A stretch of 64,000 nucleotides of DNA, taken from an uncultured Acidobacteriaceae bacterium (lineage in GTDB: Bacteria > Acidobacteriota > Terriglobia > Terriglobales > Acidobacteriaceae). Under the pieces are notes generated by a model. The model was not told where the DNA came from. It saw nothing but the letters and a program-made list of their open reading frames with translations, and ran no database searches. Shown piece after piece: positions 11,548 to 21,546 of this stretch; positions within the stretch are counted from its first letter, which is position 1; each line of letters opens with the position of its first letter. Location: assembly GCA_963789205.1 (NCBI GenBank), contig CAWBJV010000006.1:277865-341864 (forward strand), read 5' to 3'. Position numbers and translations under genes: made by a program.

Positions 11548-13508
11548 ATGCGACGGCTGGCTATTTTCCCGAGGATGATTTTCGTCCCGATACTTATTGG
11601 CATCATGCTGCTGGGCGCCTCGGGCCAGACCTCCCGCCGGAAGCCCTCTCCGCGAACCTCTCTCCCCGACGTGTACCTCATTACGATTGATACGCTGCGC
11701 GCCGATCACGTCGGCTGCTACGGGTACAAACAGGTCGAAACCCCCGCACTCGACGCCATCGCCGCCGATGGTGTTCGCTTCACACAGGCGTTCACTCATA
11801 GCCCGATCACGAACACTTCGCACATTACGATTCTGACCGGCCTCTTGCCGAGCGTGCACGGCGTCACCGATTTTGCCGTCCCGCTCTCGCCGCAGCATGT
11901 GACTGCGGCGGAACTGCTGAAGAAGAGCGGCTACCAAACCGCGGCTTTCATCGGAGCCGTGATTCTCGACAGCAACACGCTCGCTCCCGGCCTCGATCGC
12001 GGCTTCGATTTCTACGATAACTTTCCCGCCAAGACTGAAACCAAACAGCGCTGGGGACGCGTCGAGCGCCGCGGCATGGAGGTCGTCGAGCATGCTGAAA
12101 CCTGGTTCGAGAAACACCGCACCGGACCCCATTTCGTTTGGGTGCACCTGTACGATCCGCACGATCCCTACGAACCCCCGCCGCCGTTCTCGGAGAAATA
12201 CAAAGACCATTTGTACGATGGCGAGATTGCCTATGCCGATTCCGCGGTCGCCCACTGGATTGCATTTCTGAAAAAAGCCGGCGTCTACGACAACGCCATC
12301 ATCGTAGTCACCGGTGATCACGGCGAAGGTCTCGGCGAGCACGGAGAGGAAACTCACGGCCTGTTTCTTTACGACTCGACGCTGCACGTCCCGCTAATCG
12401 TCAAGAACTCCGGCGGCCGCTCATCGCGGCACTGTGATTGATTCCCAGGTGCGCACCACCGACATCCTGCCTACGATTCTTTCAGCGACCGGCGTGGCGG
12501 CACCCGCAGAACTGAACGGCGAATCGCTGTTTCCCCTCATCGAACAAACTAAGGCCGCAGAAGATCTCCAATCGCGCCCTCTTCGGCGAGACTGACTATC
12601 CCTTGCGCTGGGGATGGGCTCCGCTGCGCGCCTTGCGCGCCGACAATACTAAGTTGATCGAAGCTCCCCGGCCCGAACTCTACGACCTGCAGGCCGATCC
12701 GAAGGAACTGAAGAATCTCTATGCTCCCGCCAGCCCAAAGGCGCAGACCATGCAGGCCGAAATGGCGAAGTGGAAGGCAAAGCTCCCGCCGCAGGCGAAC
12801 TCCGCCAAGCCCGGAGAAACTTTGCCGGATCCCAAAGACAAAGTCGAAGTGCAGAACTTGCTCCACAACGCCATGCTGGCCAGTGACGACAATCGATCGA
12901 GCGACGCGCGCCAGTTCCTGGAAAAGGCACTGCAGCTCGACCCGAATTCGCCGACCGCGCTCCGCCAACTTGGCGAGCTTGAACTCGCTGCCGGAGATTT
13001 CGCCAAAGCCGCTGCCCACTTGAAGCGTGCTTGTGAACTGCGTCCCGATGATTCCACCGCCGCGTTCGAATTGGGCGAGGCAGTGGAGAAGTCCGGCGAT
13101 TGGCCCGGGGCGCGGGATGCGCTCGAATCGAGCCTGAAGCTCGCGCCCGGCCAAATGTCCGCGCGGCTGCTGCTGGGCCGCGTTTACCTGCAACTCAAAG
13201 ACGCGAAGAACGCGGCCGACCAGTTCGAGGCGGCGCTGCTGGTGGATTCGAACAACAGCGAGGGCCGACTGGGACTGGCGGAGGCGCAAATTCAGCAATC
13301 CGATTTTGCCGGCGCCTTGCCCGATCTCGAGGCGTTTACCAAATCTGATCCGCGAAACGCCGCAGCTCTGCGCTTGCTCGCGCGCGCCTATCGCGGACTC
13401 GGCAAAGAGCAAGACGCCAAGCGCGCTGAGGAGCGGGCCGCGGCGCTGGAAAAGAAATATAAGGGAAAGGGCTGCTGCCTAGAGAATCGGCTTCTACCGT
13501 GGGCATAG
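11548..13508 (+). pseudogene. Sulfatase-fold/TPR fusion protein, paralogue D. Two frame changes (about 12412 and 12570).
   Basis: ORF 11401..12441 has a likely start at ATG 11548 (MRRLAIFPRMIFVPILIGIMLLGASG). Core motifs are VYLITIDTLRADHVGCYGY, PITNTSHITILTG and GDHGEGLGEHGE. The segment 'TVIDSQVRTTDILPTILSATGVAAPAELNGESLFPLI' is in a second frame. ORF 12603..13508 (..GETDYPLRWGWAPLRAL..PELYDLQADPKE.., then TPRs) is in a third. Confidence 0.75.
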
Positions 13509-13597
13509 CGGTCACTTCATTTACATTCCTTTCACATTCCCGATCTATGCTAGCTTCTTTATAGTTAGCAGGTCGTCTCGAATTGCGCGAGTTTCCC

Positions 13598-14357
13598 ATG
13601 ACCCGAAAACAACCGTCTCCGCCGCGTCACGAACAAAGCGCCGCTCGACTTCGACGCGATCCCGGGCAGCGGAAGCTCGCACGCGTCCGGCGAAGACCCG
13701 CAATAATAACGAAGATTTCGTCGGAAGACGAACTGACCTCCCTCGTCGTCCGCGGCTGCCTGATCGCCCGCGACTCGGTCTTCAACGTCAGGGATTTCTG
13801 GCGGACGGTTCGCGCCTGGCTTTCTCGCGATCAAGGATTGCGAAAAAGAACTCGACCAGATCGAGCGCAAGATAGATGATCAACTTCCCGAAGCCATCAC
13901 GCGCGTAGGCGAAGCCAAGGCGCGCGAGTTACTGGCATGTCTGAAGTTCATCACCGACCTCGAACGCATCGGCGACCTCGCCTACAGTGCGGTGATGCAA
14001 TTGCAATCGCGCCGCGAAAAATTGCCGGCGGCGGATTCCCGTCAGCTCGTGGAGATGGCTTCTCTGCTCACGAAATGCTGGAACAGATCCATCAGGGTTT
14101 CCTCAAGCGCGACGTGTCGCACGCGCAAACTGTTCTGCAAGTCCGATCCGGAAGTGGACCGCTTGTGCCATTCCTTGTTTCACCGGCATCTGGCCGAGCC
14201 GAATAGTCCGAGCGGGCAGAAGAATTTCGACATCCTTCTCGCCGCCCAGGCGCTCGAGCGCATCGGCGATCACGCCAAGAATTTGGCGGAAAAACTCTAC
14301 AGTTTGGCGGAAGGCCGCTCGCTGCGGCACAATGCCAGAAAGCTTTCGACCGCCTAG
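13598..14357 (+). pseudogene. PhoU-family protein, frame changes at least 4 times. The start is tentative.
   Basis: Two PhoU-type signatures, FITDLERIGDLAYS and AAQALERIGDHAKNLAEK, lie about 100 aa apart. The intervening and upstream helices (KELDQIERKIDDQLPEAITR, MLEQIHQGFLKRDVSHAQTVLQ, SDPEVDRLCHSLF) are spread over ORFs 13583..13879, 13937..14206 and 13992..14357 plus an unlisted frame. Confidence 0.55.
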
Positions 14358-14463
14358 CGAGTAGGCTCTTGGGCGACACTAAAGCGAATCAGTGATTCCG
14401 ATCGCATATATTCTCACCTTAGCGGCTGAAGCCGTCTAAAAACAAGTTGAAGTGGCTGCCACC

Positions 14464-17400
14464 TCAATCAATGAAAATCGTGCGAGACCGTCTCTGCCCG
14501 CGTAACGCTAGCGGAGAAACTTTTTCCGCCCGTATGTGGATCACGTTGTCCTGATTCTGCAGAATTCCTTCGATCATCAGAAAGCGCTCGGAAATCAGCA
14601 GCACCCGATTCTTCTGCAGCAGATCGGGAGCAATGATCGCATTGGCAATTCCCGTTTCATCTTCCAGGCTCATGAACATCATTCCCTTGGCCGTCCCCGG
14701 ACGCTGGCGGGCAATCACGCATCCGCCGATTCGCAATCGCCGTCCATTCGGAAGATGCGCCAGATCGCAGGCGCTATAAATCCCCATCCTCTTCATTTCT
14801 GCCCGCCGGTACTGCATGGGATGCGGCCGACCGTCAGCCCAGTAGAGCGAAAATCCGCCACCAACCGCTCTTCATCCGTCATGGCCGCAAGCGGGGATCC
14901 CCATCAATTTCCGGAAGCTCATCCAACAACGGCCCCGACCAGCGCACCGCCCGCTCCACCTGCCACAGCGCATCGCGCCGATGAAGCTTAGTGTTTTGAT
15001 TTTCACTGGCCACTGCCACTGCCACTGCCACTGCATTCAGCGCCCCGATCTCCGCCAGCGTCGTCAACTCATCCTTGCGCAATTCGGGCACGCGACGAGC
15101 CAGATCCTGAACCGAAGCAAAGGCGCCAGACTGCGCTCCCGAACCAAAGCCTGCCCCGCCGGCTCGCGCAACCCGTGCGCGTATTTCAGGCCCAGACGAA
15201 CTGACGGGCTGACGAACTGATGAGCTGACGGCTCCAACGTGCACTTCCAATCCGACCGCGTCACATCCATCGGCAGCATCTTCAATCCGTGCCGCTGCGC
15301 ATCTTTCACAATCGTCGAAGGATGATAAAAACCCATCGGCTGATTATTCAGTAGCGCCGCCGTGAATGCGGCCAGGTAATGGCATTTCAAATAAGCGCTG
15401 GCATAGGCAATCAAGGCAAAGCTCGCGGCATGAGATTCGGGAAATCCATAAAGCGCGAACGAAGTAATCGACTGGATGATCTGCTCCTGCGTTTCGCCGA
15501 GGATTCCGTTGCGCGTCATGCCCGCGCGCAGCTTTTCTTCGATCACTTTCATTCTTGCTTCCGAACGTTTGAAGCCCATGGCGCGGCGCAACTCCTCCGC
15601 TTCGCCGCCCGTAAAGTTGGCGGTGATCATGGCCATGCGCAGCAACTGCTCCTGAAACAGCGGCACGCCCAGCGTGCGGCCCAGCACCGTTTCGAGCGAC
15701 GGATGCGGATACGTGACCGCCTCTCTGCCCTGCCGCCGCTTGAGAAATGGATTGACCATATTGCCCACGATCGGCCCCGGCCGAATGATCGCCACCTGCA
15801 CGACGATGTCATAAAATTTCTTCGGCTTCAGGCGCGGCAGGCACGCCATCTGCGCCCGGCTCTCGACCTGGAACATCCCCACCGTATCGGCTTTTTGCAG
15901 TGTGGAATAGACGACGGGATCGTCCGCCGGAAGATGCGCCAGATCAACTTCTTCGTTGATAATGATCGCGAATCAGTTCGAGAGAATCTTTCAGCGCCGC
16001 CATCATGCCCAGACCCAGCAGATCGACTTTGATGATGCGCATGTCGGCGCAGTCTTCTTTATCCCATTGCACCACCACGCGGCCCGGCATGGAAGCGGGC
16101 TCCAGCGGCACGACGGAATCCAGACGCCCTTCGCAGATGACCATGCCGCCCGAGTGCTGCCCCAAATGCCGCGGCAGATCCTGCGCGGCGAGACACAACT
16201 CGAAATATTTGCGAATTCGCGGATGCGTAAGATCGAGTCCGGCATCGCGCAGACGGCGGTCGAGCGCATCGTTTTCGTCTTTGAATTCCCAGGTTGCAAC
16301 CGCCGCCGAAATTCGTTTCAGCGTGTCTTCGATCGAATCCCATCACCTTGCCCATTTCGCGCGCGGCCATGCGATTGCGATACGTGATCACGTTGGCGGT
16401 CATGGCCGCTCCACGCTGGCCATAACGTTGATAGACATACTGGATCACGCGCTCGCGCTCATCGCCGCTGGGCAAATCGAGATCGATGTCGGGCCACTCG
16501 CCGCGTTCCTCGGAAAGAAACCGCTCAAACAATAATTCCATGCCAATCGGATCCACCGCCGTGATGCCGAGCGAGTAGCAAACCGCGCTATTGGCGGCCG
16601 ATCCGCGGCCCTGCACCAGAATGTTCTGTTCGCGGCAGTAGCGCACCAGGTCCCAGACAATCAGAAAGTACCCGGCAAGTTTCAGATGGTCGATTAAATT
16701 CAACTCGCGCTCGATCTGCCGCCGCGCCCGCTTCTTCAACTCCGCATCCGCCCGCCCATACCGGCTCTGCATTCCTTCCCGCGTGCGCTCCCGCAGAAAC
16801 GACATCATGGTTTCCCCCTCCGGCACGGGATAACGCGGAAACTCGTATCCCAGATCGTTCAGCGTGAACTCAAGCCGTGAGGAAAGTTCAACTGTGTTCG
16901 CGATGGCCTCGGGAAAATCCGCAAAGAGCGCTCGCATAGCGGCGGAAGATTTCAGATAGCGCTCTGCATTGCGCGCCAGCAGACGTCCGGCAGTGGCCAG
17001 CGTGCGGTGATGCCGCAGCGCAGTAAACGCATCCGCCAACTCGCGCTCCCGCGGCAGTGGCATAGTTCACGCCATTGGTCGCGAGTAGCGGCAGGCGCAA
17101 AGCTTCCGCGATCTCGATCGCGACCCGGTTTCTATATTCTTCATCGCGATGAAAATGCCGTTGCAATTCGACGTAAACGTTCGGCTGGCCAAAAATCTCT
17201 GTCAGCTGCTTTACCGCTTCGAAAGCCGCTTGCGGTCCACCTTGCGTTAGCGCCGCAGCCAGTGGTCCTTCTTCTCCACCAGTCAGGCAAATCAAACCGT
17301 CAGCGTGCTCGATAAAATCCGCACTCGAAGCGCAGGCGCCTTCTTTGCGCCCAACGCGCAATTTCATTTTCGTAATCAGGCGGCAGAGATTTTGATATCC

Positions 17401-17738
17401 AGCGCGCGAAGCAACCAGCAGCGGAAGACGAAATCGCACCACGGCGGACGGCTGTGAGTGACGGGCTCGCACCGTCTGGGGGAGCTCGCCCCGTCACCAC
17501 ACGAGATGGATATTTCCGTGGTGAAAACTGCAGCACACGTCACTTCCGCCCCAATATGCGCCTTGATCCCCGCCTTTTTTGCGGCGAGATGGAAGCGCGG
17601 CGAGCCATACACTCCATCTCGATCGAGCAATGCCATCGCCGGCATTCCCAGGTTCGCGCACACCGCGATCAGTTCCTCGGGAATCGAAGCCCCTTCGAGG
17701 AAACTGAATGCGGAGCGGGAATGGAGTTCAATGTACAT
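14464..17738 (-). pseudogene. dnaE2: Error-prone DNA polymerase III alpha-like DnaE2, split into at least 7 fragments by frame changes
   Basis: The PHP N-terminus MYIELHSRSAFSFLEGASIPEEL is at 17376..17738. Later fragments are 16888..17472, 16059..17063 (GYFLIVWDLVRYCREQNILVQGRGSAANS), ~15944..16330 (LGQHSGGMVI..VVQWDKEDC), 15064 to ~15950 (DTVGMFQVESRAQM..IIRPGPI), 14879..15250 and 14464 to ~14880 (OB-fold end). The span of 3275 nt equals one full-length DnaE2. It lies downstream of imuA-imuB. Confidence 0.8.
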
Positions 17739-17799
17739 CAGTTCTCAGTTCCAGTTCCCAGTAGCAGTTTTACTGAAACTGAGAACCGGAACTGAGAAC
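17739..17799. repeat. Hairpin-forming intergenic repeat built from CAGTTCT-type heptamers (dnaE2-imuB spacer)
   Basis: AGTTCTCAGTTCCAGTTC (17739-17756) is the near-complement of CTGAGAACCGGAACTGAGAACT (17778-17799). The same family occurs at 58226-58309. Confidence 0.6.
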
Positions 17800-17804
17800 T
17801 ACTC

Positions 17805-19496
17805 TTAGTCATACATTCCTTCTAAAAACCAGTTTCCACTTAGTTTGTCCTGCACTAGGCGATACAACACGAGTCCGGTTTCGGCGGGCACGGCGATGTC
17901 CCACTCCTCGCGCGACCAGCCTTCCTGTTCCGACCAGTCGCCGGAAGAGCGCCAGGGGCCGGCGGTCCAGACGATTTCTCCGGCAATGTCTTCGCGCTCG
18001 AGGCATCGCATCCGCACCGGCTTCGCTTCGCGCAAAGTAACGTTCGCGCCGAGCGGCGGACGAAACAGGCGCAGGGCAATCACCGCGCTCATTTGTTCTT
18101 TCGCGTTTTCTTTTGCGTTTTCACTCGAGTTTTTCCTCGACTGGGCAGGCGCTGTCATTTTCTGGCATGGACATATCCTTCTTTCGATTTCCAGACTGCT
18201 TGCTTCGTGTTTAAGTTCTACGGGCGCAGGCTCTGCGGGCGCAAAGTGCCGCACCGCAAACGCGCCTTCGCGATGTGTATCCAGTAATTCCACCGACCCC
18301 ACTCTTCCCTCGCCGACAATTCCTGCGATGCGCGCCAGCGTTAGTTCCAGTTTTTCGGGCTCAGGAAAAACCGGCTGAAACAATCCACTCTGCAGGGCTC
18401 GCGGGCGCGCCGGATCGGCCGACAAATGAATCTTCACGATGGGCGCTCCCGGCGGATGCGCCTGCAAATCAAGCTGCAACAATTTAAGAAACACTTTCGC
18501 GTCCAGCATGGGCGTCGGCAGCCGCAGCGTGCGGGTAAACGTGCGGGTGAAAGTGCGGGTGAAGTGGATGCAGACGAGGCGCAATCGTGCGCTTGCGACT
18601 GCGTCAGCTGCGAGTTCCAGATTCAGCCGCAACTCCTGTACCGCCAGCGCCCGCGCTCGCAATCGCGCGCACACTTGCTCCAGCATGCGGTTCAGCAAAA
18701 ACGCCAGCGGCTCCAGCAGCACGATGGGATATTCCAGTTCCACACTCTCGGCAAAAATCAGCTGCGGTTCCAGTACGTGCAAGTTGCGCGATGCCGCGCC
18801 CCGCGCCAGCTTTTGCAGACGGATTCCCTGCTGCCCCAGGCGCTCGCTGACCGGAACTTCGGGAAGAGCCGCCAGCGCCCGCAGCTTGCGAATGCCCCAG
18901 CGATCAAACGTTTCAACCCAGCGTGCGGCCTGCTCAGCGTCGAAAGAAAAGCTGGAAGAAAAACTTTCCAGCAACACTTCCACCGGCAGATCTCCCAGCC
19001 GCTCGGCTTCGCATCCTTCGGGAATCAAGGTCATGCCGGGAAAACCGCGGGCTGCGAGCAAAGCAGCATCCGGATTCGCGGCCACGGCAATGTTCGCTTC
19101 CAGTCCCATCTGCGAGACGCGCTGCGCCAAATCGCGCGCAATCTTCGGCAGCGGTCCAAACAACGGCTCGAGTCCGGCAAGGTTCAGAAGCACGGTGCCG
19201 GGCGACGTGTCTTCCACTTCCGGAGAAAACGATTGCGCGCAATCCAGCAGCGCAGCGTGTGCCGCCGCCTCCTGCGATTCTGAGCGCGCACGCAGCACCA
19301 GGTTCTCCCATGCTTCCAGTAGCGACTTGGTCGCGCCTACCTCTACGCCCGTTTGCCGCGCTCTTTCGTTGAGCGCCAGCACCTTCTCCAGCGGAGGCCG
19401 TCCGGTGAGCACCGCGACTGGGCGGGCGCGCAACTCCGGCTCGAAGCGAATGATCGCTTGCACGGGGAAATCGGGGATGAAGATGCAGGCAAACAT
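17805..19496 (-). CDS. imuB: ImuB, Y-family DNA polymerase-like mutasome subunit
   Basis: Uninterrupted 563-aa ORF. Its N-terminus MFACIFIPDFPVQAIIRFEPELRARPVAVL...ARQTGVEVG is typical of Y-family/ImuB proteins. It is positioned between imuA and dnaE2. Confidence 0.75.
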   Translation of the reverse strand: MFACIFIPDFPVQAIIRFEPELRARPVAVLTGRPPLEKVLALNERARQTGVEVGATKSLLEAWENLVLRARSESQEAAAHAALLDCAQSFSPEVEDTSPGTVLLNLAGLEPLFGPLPKIARDLAQRVSQMGLEANIAVAANPDAALLAARGFPGMTLIPEGCEAERLGDLPVEVLLESFSSSFSFDAEQAARWVETFDRWGIRKLRALAALPEVPVSERLGQQGIRLQKLARGAASRNLHVLEPQLIFAESVELEYPIVLLEPLAFLLNRMLEQVCARLRARALAVQELRLNLELAADAVASARLRLVCIHFTRTFTRTFTRTLRLPTPMLDAKVFLKLLQLDLQAHPPGAPIVKIHLSADPARPRALQSGLFQPVFPEPEKLELTLARIAGIVGEGRVGSVELLDTHREGAFAVRHFAPAEPAPVELKHEASSLEIERRICPCQKMTAPAQSRKNSSENAKENAKEQMSAVIALRLFRPPLGANVTLREAKPVRMRCLEREDIAGEIVWTAGPWRSSGDWSEQEGWSREEWDIAVPAETGLVLYRLVQDKLSGNWFLEGMYD

Positions 19497-19503
19497 GGAA
19501 CAC

Positions 19504-19534
19504 CAGGTTTCAGGTTTCAGGTTTCAGGTTTCAG
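19504..19534. repeat. Perfect tandem heptamer (CAGGTTT)x4 + CAG filling the imuA-imuB spacer
   Basis: Read directly: caggttt caggttt caggttt caggttt cag. It lies 8 nt upstream (minus-strand sense) of the imuB ATG at 19496. Confidence 0.9.
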
Positions 19535-19543
19535 TTAAAGGTC

Positions 19544-20653
19544 TCATGCATCCGATGATTCCGAAATTGAGATTCGGGATCGTCGAAGCTGAGGCTGAAC
19601 GACTATCCCGCCCATGCGGCTCGACTCTTGAAACTTGCCGTCGATTGCACCGGCTTGCGTTCCAATTTTCTTTCCAAGCGCGAGCGCAACAACTCGGCAG
19701 TGATCTCGAATTGATCCAACAGTTCCGAATGCGGCAATTTCGACGCAGCGGCTTCCTGAGACCTGAGAGCTGGCAGCTGACAGCCTTTTCGGCACCTGAG
19801 ACCCTGACACCTTCACCAGCACCGACGAGCAACTCCCTGCAATCGGCTGCTGTTCCAAAACCAGCAGTGCCGTCGGCGTGTGCTCAATGGCGCGGCGAAA
19901 GCGGAACCAGGATGCCAAAGGAATTCGCCGCGCGCTCGGCTCCGGAACATCGCCGAGATCGAGAGCAATCATTCCGAAGCCATTGCTTTGCAGCAAGAGG
20001 TCGGTGACTTTCAGCATTTGCCCGAGCTGCGATTCCCAACGGCTAAAGCCGAATCTTTTTTCGGCTGCTTGCGGTATGCCTGAAGGCATACCCTGATACG
20101 AATCGCTTGAAGGCATCTTCTGATATGTGTCCGTTTTTGCGCAGCCTGCTTTGCACGCAGTTGCACGATTTTTGCGCGATGGATATTTTTCTCCGCATCG
20201 CACCCACAGCAACCGGCTCATCTCCATGCCCGCAGCGGCTGCTGACGCGGGATCGAACGCATCGCTGGCATCCACCAGCGCGCAAACTTCTCCGCGTTGT
20301 GTAGCGCGGGCCAGCGCGAAAAGCAATACGCTGGTCCTTCCCGATGAGGCCGCGCCGCAGATTTCCGTGAGGCAACCGCGAGCGAGGCCGCCGGTCAGCA
20401 AGTCCAGTTGCGGAATGCCGCTCGAAACCATTTCCGGCGCCGGGCGCACATCGAGGCGCGAAGCGGGAACGACCGCTGCCAGCCTGGAGATTGCGCCCAC
20501 GTGGGCCAGAATCTCCGCAGTCTTCTTTGTGGTTTTCTTCGCGTCTTCTCTGCGATTGAGTCTGCGTTCGAGCGCGGAGCAGAAAGAAGATCGCGGAGAA
20601 AAAATAAAAGAGCGGCCCATGGCCGCCGATGAAAAAATCGGAGAGGCAGACAT
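19544..20653 (-). CDS. imuA: ImuA, RecA/SulA-like mutasome subunit
   Basis: 369-aa ORF with a P-loop-like region 'LLTGGLARGCLTEICGAASSGRTSVLLFALA'. It is the first gene of the imuA-imuB-dnaE2 order. Confidence 0.65.
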   Translation of the reverse strand: MSASPIFSSAAMGRSFIFSPRSSFCSALERRLNRREDAKKTTKKTAEILAHVGAISRLAAVVPASRLDVRPAPEMVSSGIPQLDLLTGGLARGCLTEICGAASSGRTSVLLFALARATQRGEVCALVDASDAFDPASAAAAGMEMSRLLWVRCGEKYPSRKNRATACKAGCAKTDTYQKMPSSDSYQGMPSGIPQAAEKRFGFSRWESQLGQMLKVTDLLLQSNGFGMIALDLGDVPEPSARRIPLASWFRFRRAIEHTPTALLVLEQQPIAGSCSSVLVKVSGSQVPKRLSAASSQVSGSRCVEIAAFGTVGSIRDHCRVVALALGKKIGTQAGAIDGKFQESSRMGGIVVQPQLRRSRISISESSDA

Positions 20654-20664
20654 ACTTTCTCGCT

Positions 20665-20686
20665 ATTGTCAGCTTGCAATTGTCAG
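20665..20686 (-). promoter_or_regulatory. Candidate operator: direct repeat CTGACAAT-N6-CTGACAAT just upstream of imuA
   Basis: On the minus strand, CTGACAAT at 20686-20679 and again at 20672-20665. The proximal copy ends 11 nt before the imuA ATG. The function (an SOS box?) is an inference only. Confidence 0.25.
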
Positions 20687-20977
20687 GGAACGCAGAGGGC
20701 AGGATCAGCCCGGGCGAGGTGTAATTTTCGCTTTTTATTCGCCTACGTGAGTATCGCTCTCCGTGCTGCCGTTGTCAAGGCGGTTCGGCTGGAATCATCA
20801 GTCCGAATCATGAGCCGGGACTGTAACTTGAAGATTCATAATGCTTTGCGGAGAATTTTTCGCGAGCACAATCGGCTGCGACCGCTCCCAGGTCTCGAAA
20901 ACCGCGAGACCCGGGGCGCCCGGTTTGGTAAGAACGAGCTTTTGTTATAATCGGACTTCGTCGCAATCCACCTGAGT

Positions 20978-21052
20978 GGCGCTATCGTCTAGGGGTTAGG
21001 ACGGAAGATTCTCAATCTTCAAACCCGGGTTCGATTCCCGGTAGCGCTACCA
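20978..21052 (+). tRNA. tRNA-Glu (anticodon CUC), CCA encoded
   Basis: The cloverleaf was folded by hand. Acceptor GGCGCTA/TAGCGCT (G1.U72), D stem GTCT/GGAC, anticodon stem GAAGA/TCTTC with loop TTCTCAA (CTC at 21011-21013), T arm CCGGG-TTCGATT-CCCGG, discriminator A plus CCA. Confidence 0.85.
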
Positions 21053-21181
21053 ACTTCTCTTATTCTGTTTAGAGGGTGATACTACGTGATTGCTATTTAG
21101 GGCTTTTGCTACTGCGTCAAGTTTTTCAACTCAACTGCTTTAACCAACGCATTCGATCTCATCGAGGTCGCGCATTTTGCC

Positions 21182-21546
21182 TCAAGGAAGCTTGTCCAAA
21201 AACATATAGATCGAAGCAATGCGACCGTTCCGGGCGACGACAAAATCGGTTCCCGCGTACGCTGGAGGTTTGCCGGGAATGCCAGATACCCATCGAACCC
21301 GTCCGGCATCATCGAATTCTTCGGGAGGGGAGAGGGGCTGGTATTTGAAATCTGGATGTGTTGCTTTTATCACACCAGCAATACGATCAATCTCGTCACG
21401 GCCTCGATAGACGCCCCATTGGGATCGTAGAACACACCATCCTCATTCCAGATCTCATCGATTGCAGCGCGACGACGCACAGGGTCATTTTCGCCAAATA
21501 CGTCGCTCAGATTACGAAGCAGCAAGGTCGATATGCTGTTGGACAT
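21182..21546 (-). pseudogene. SnoaL/NTF2-like small protein, one frame change in a G-run near 21420
   Basis: 'MSNSISTLLLRNLSDVFGENDPVRRRAAIDEIWNEDGVFYDPNG' (ORF 21370..21582) continues in another frame as '[27 protein letters not shown]...[20 protein letters not shown]' (ORF 21182..21373 extended upstream). Confidence 0.55.
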
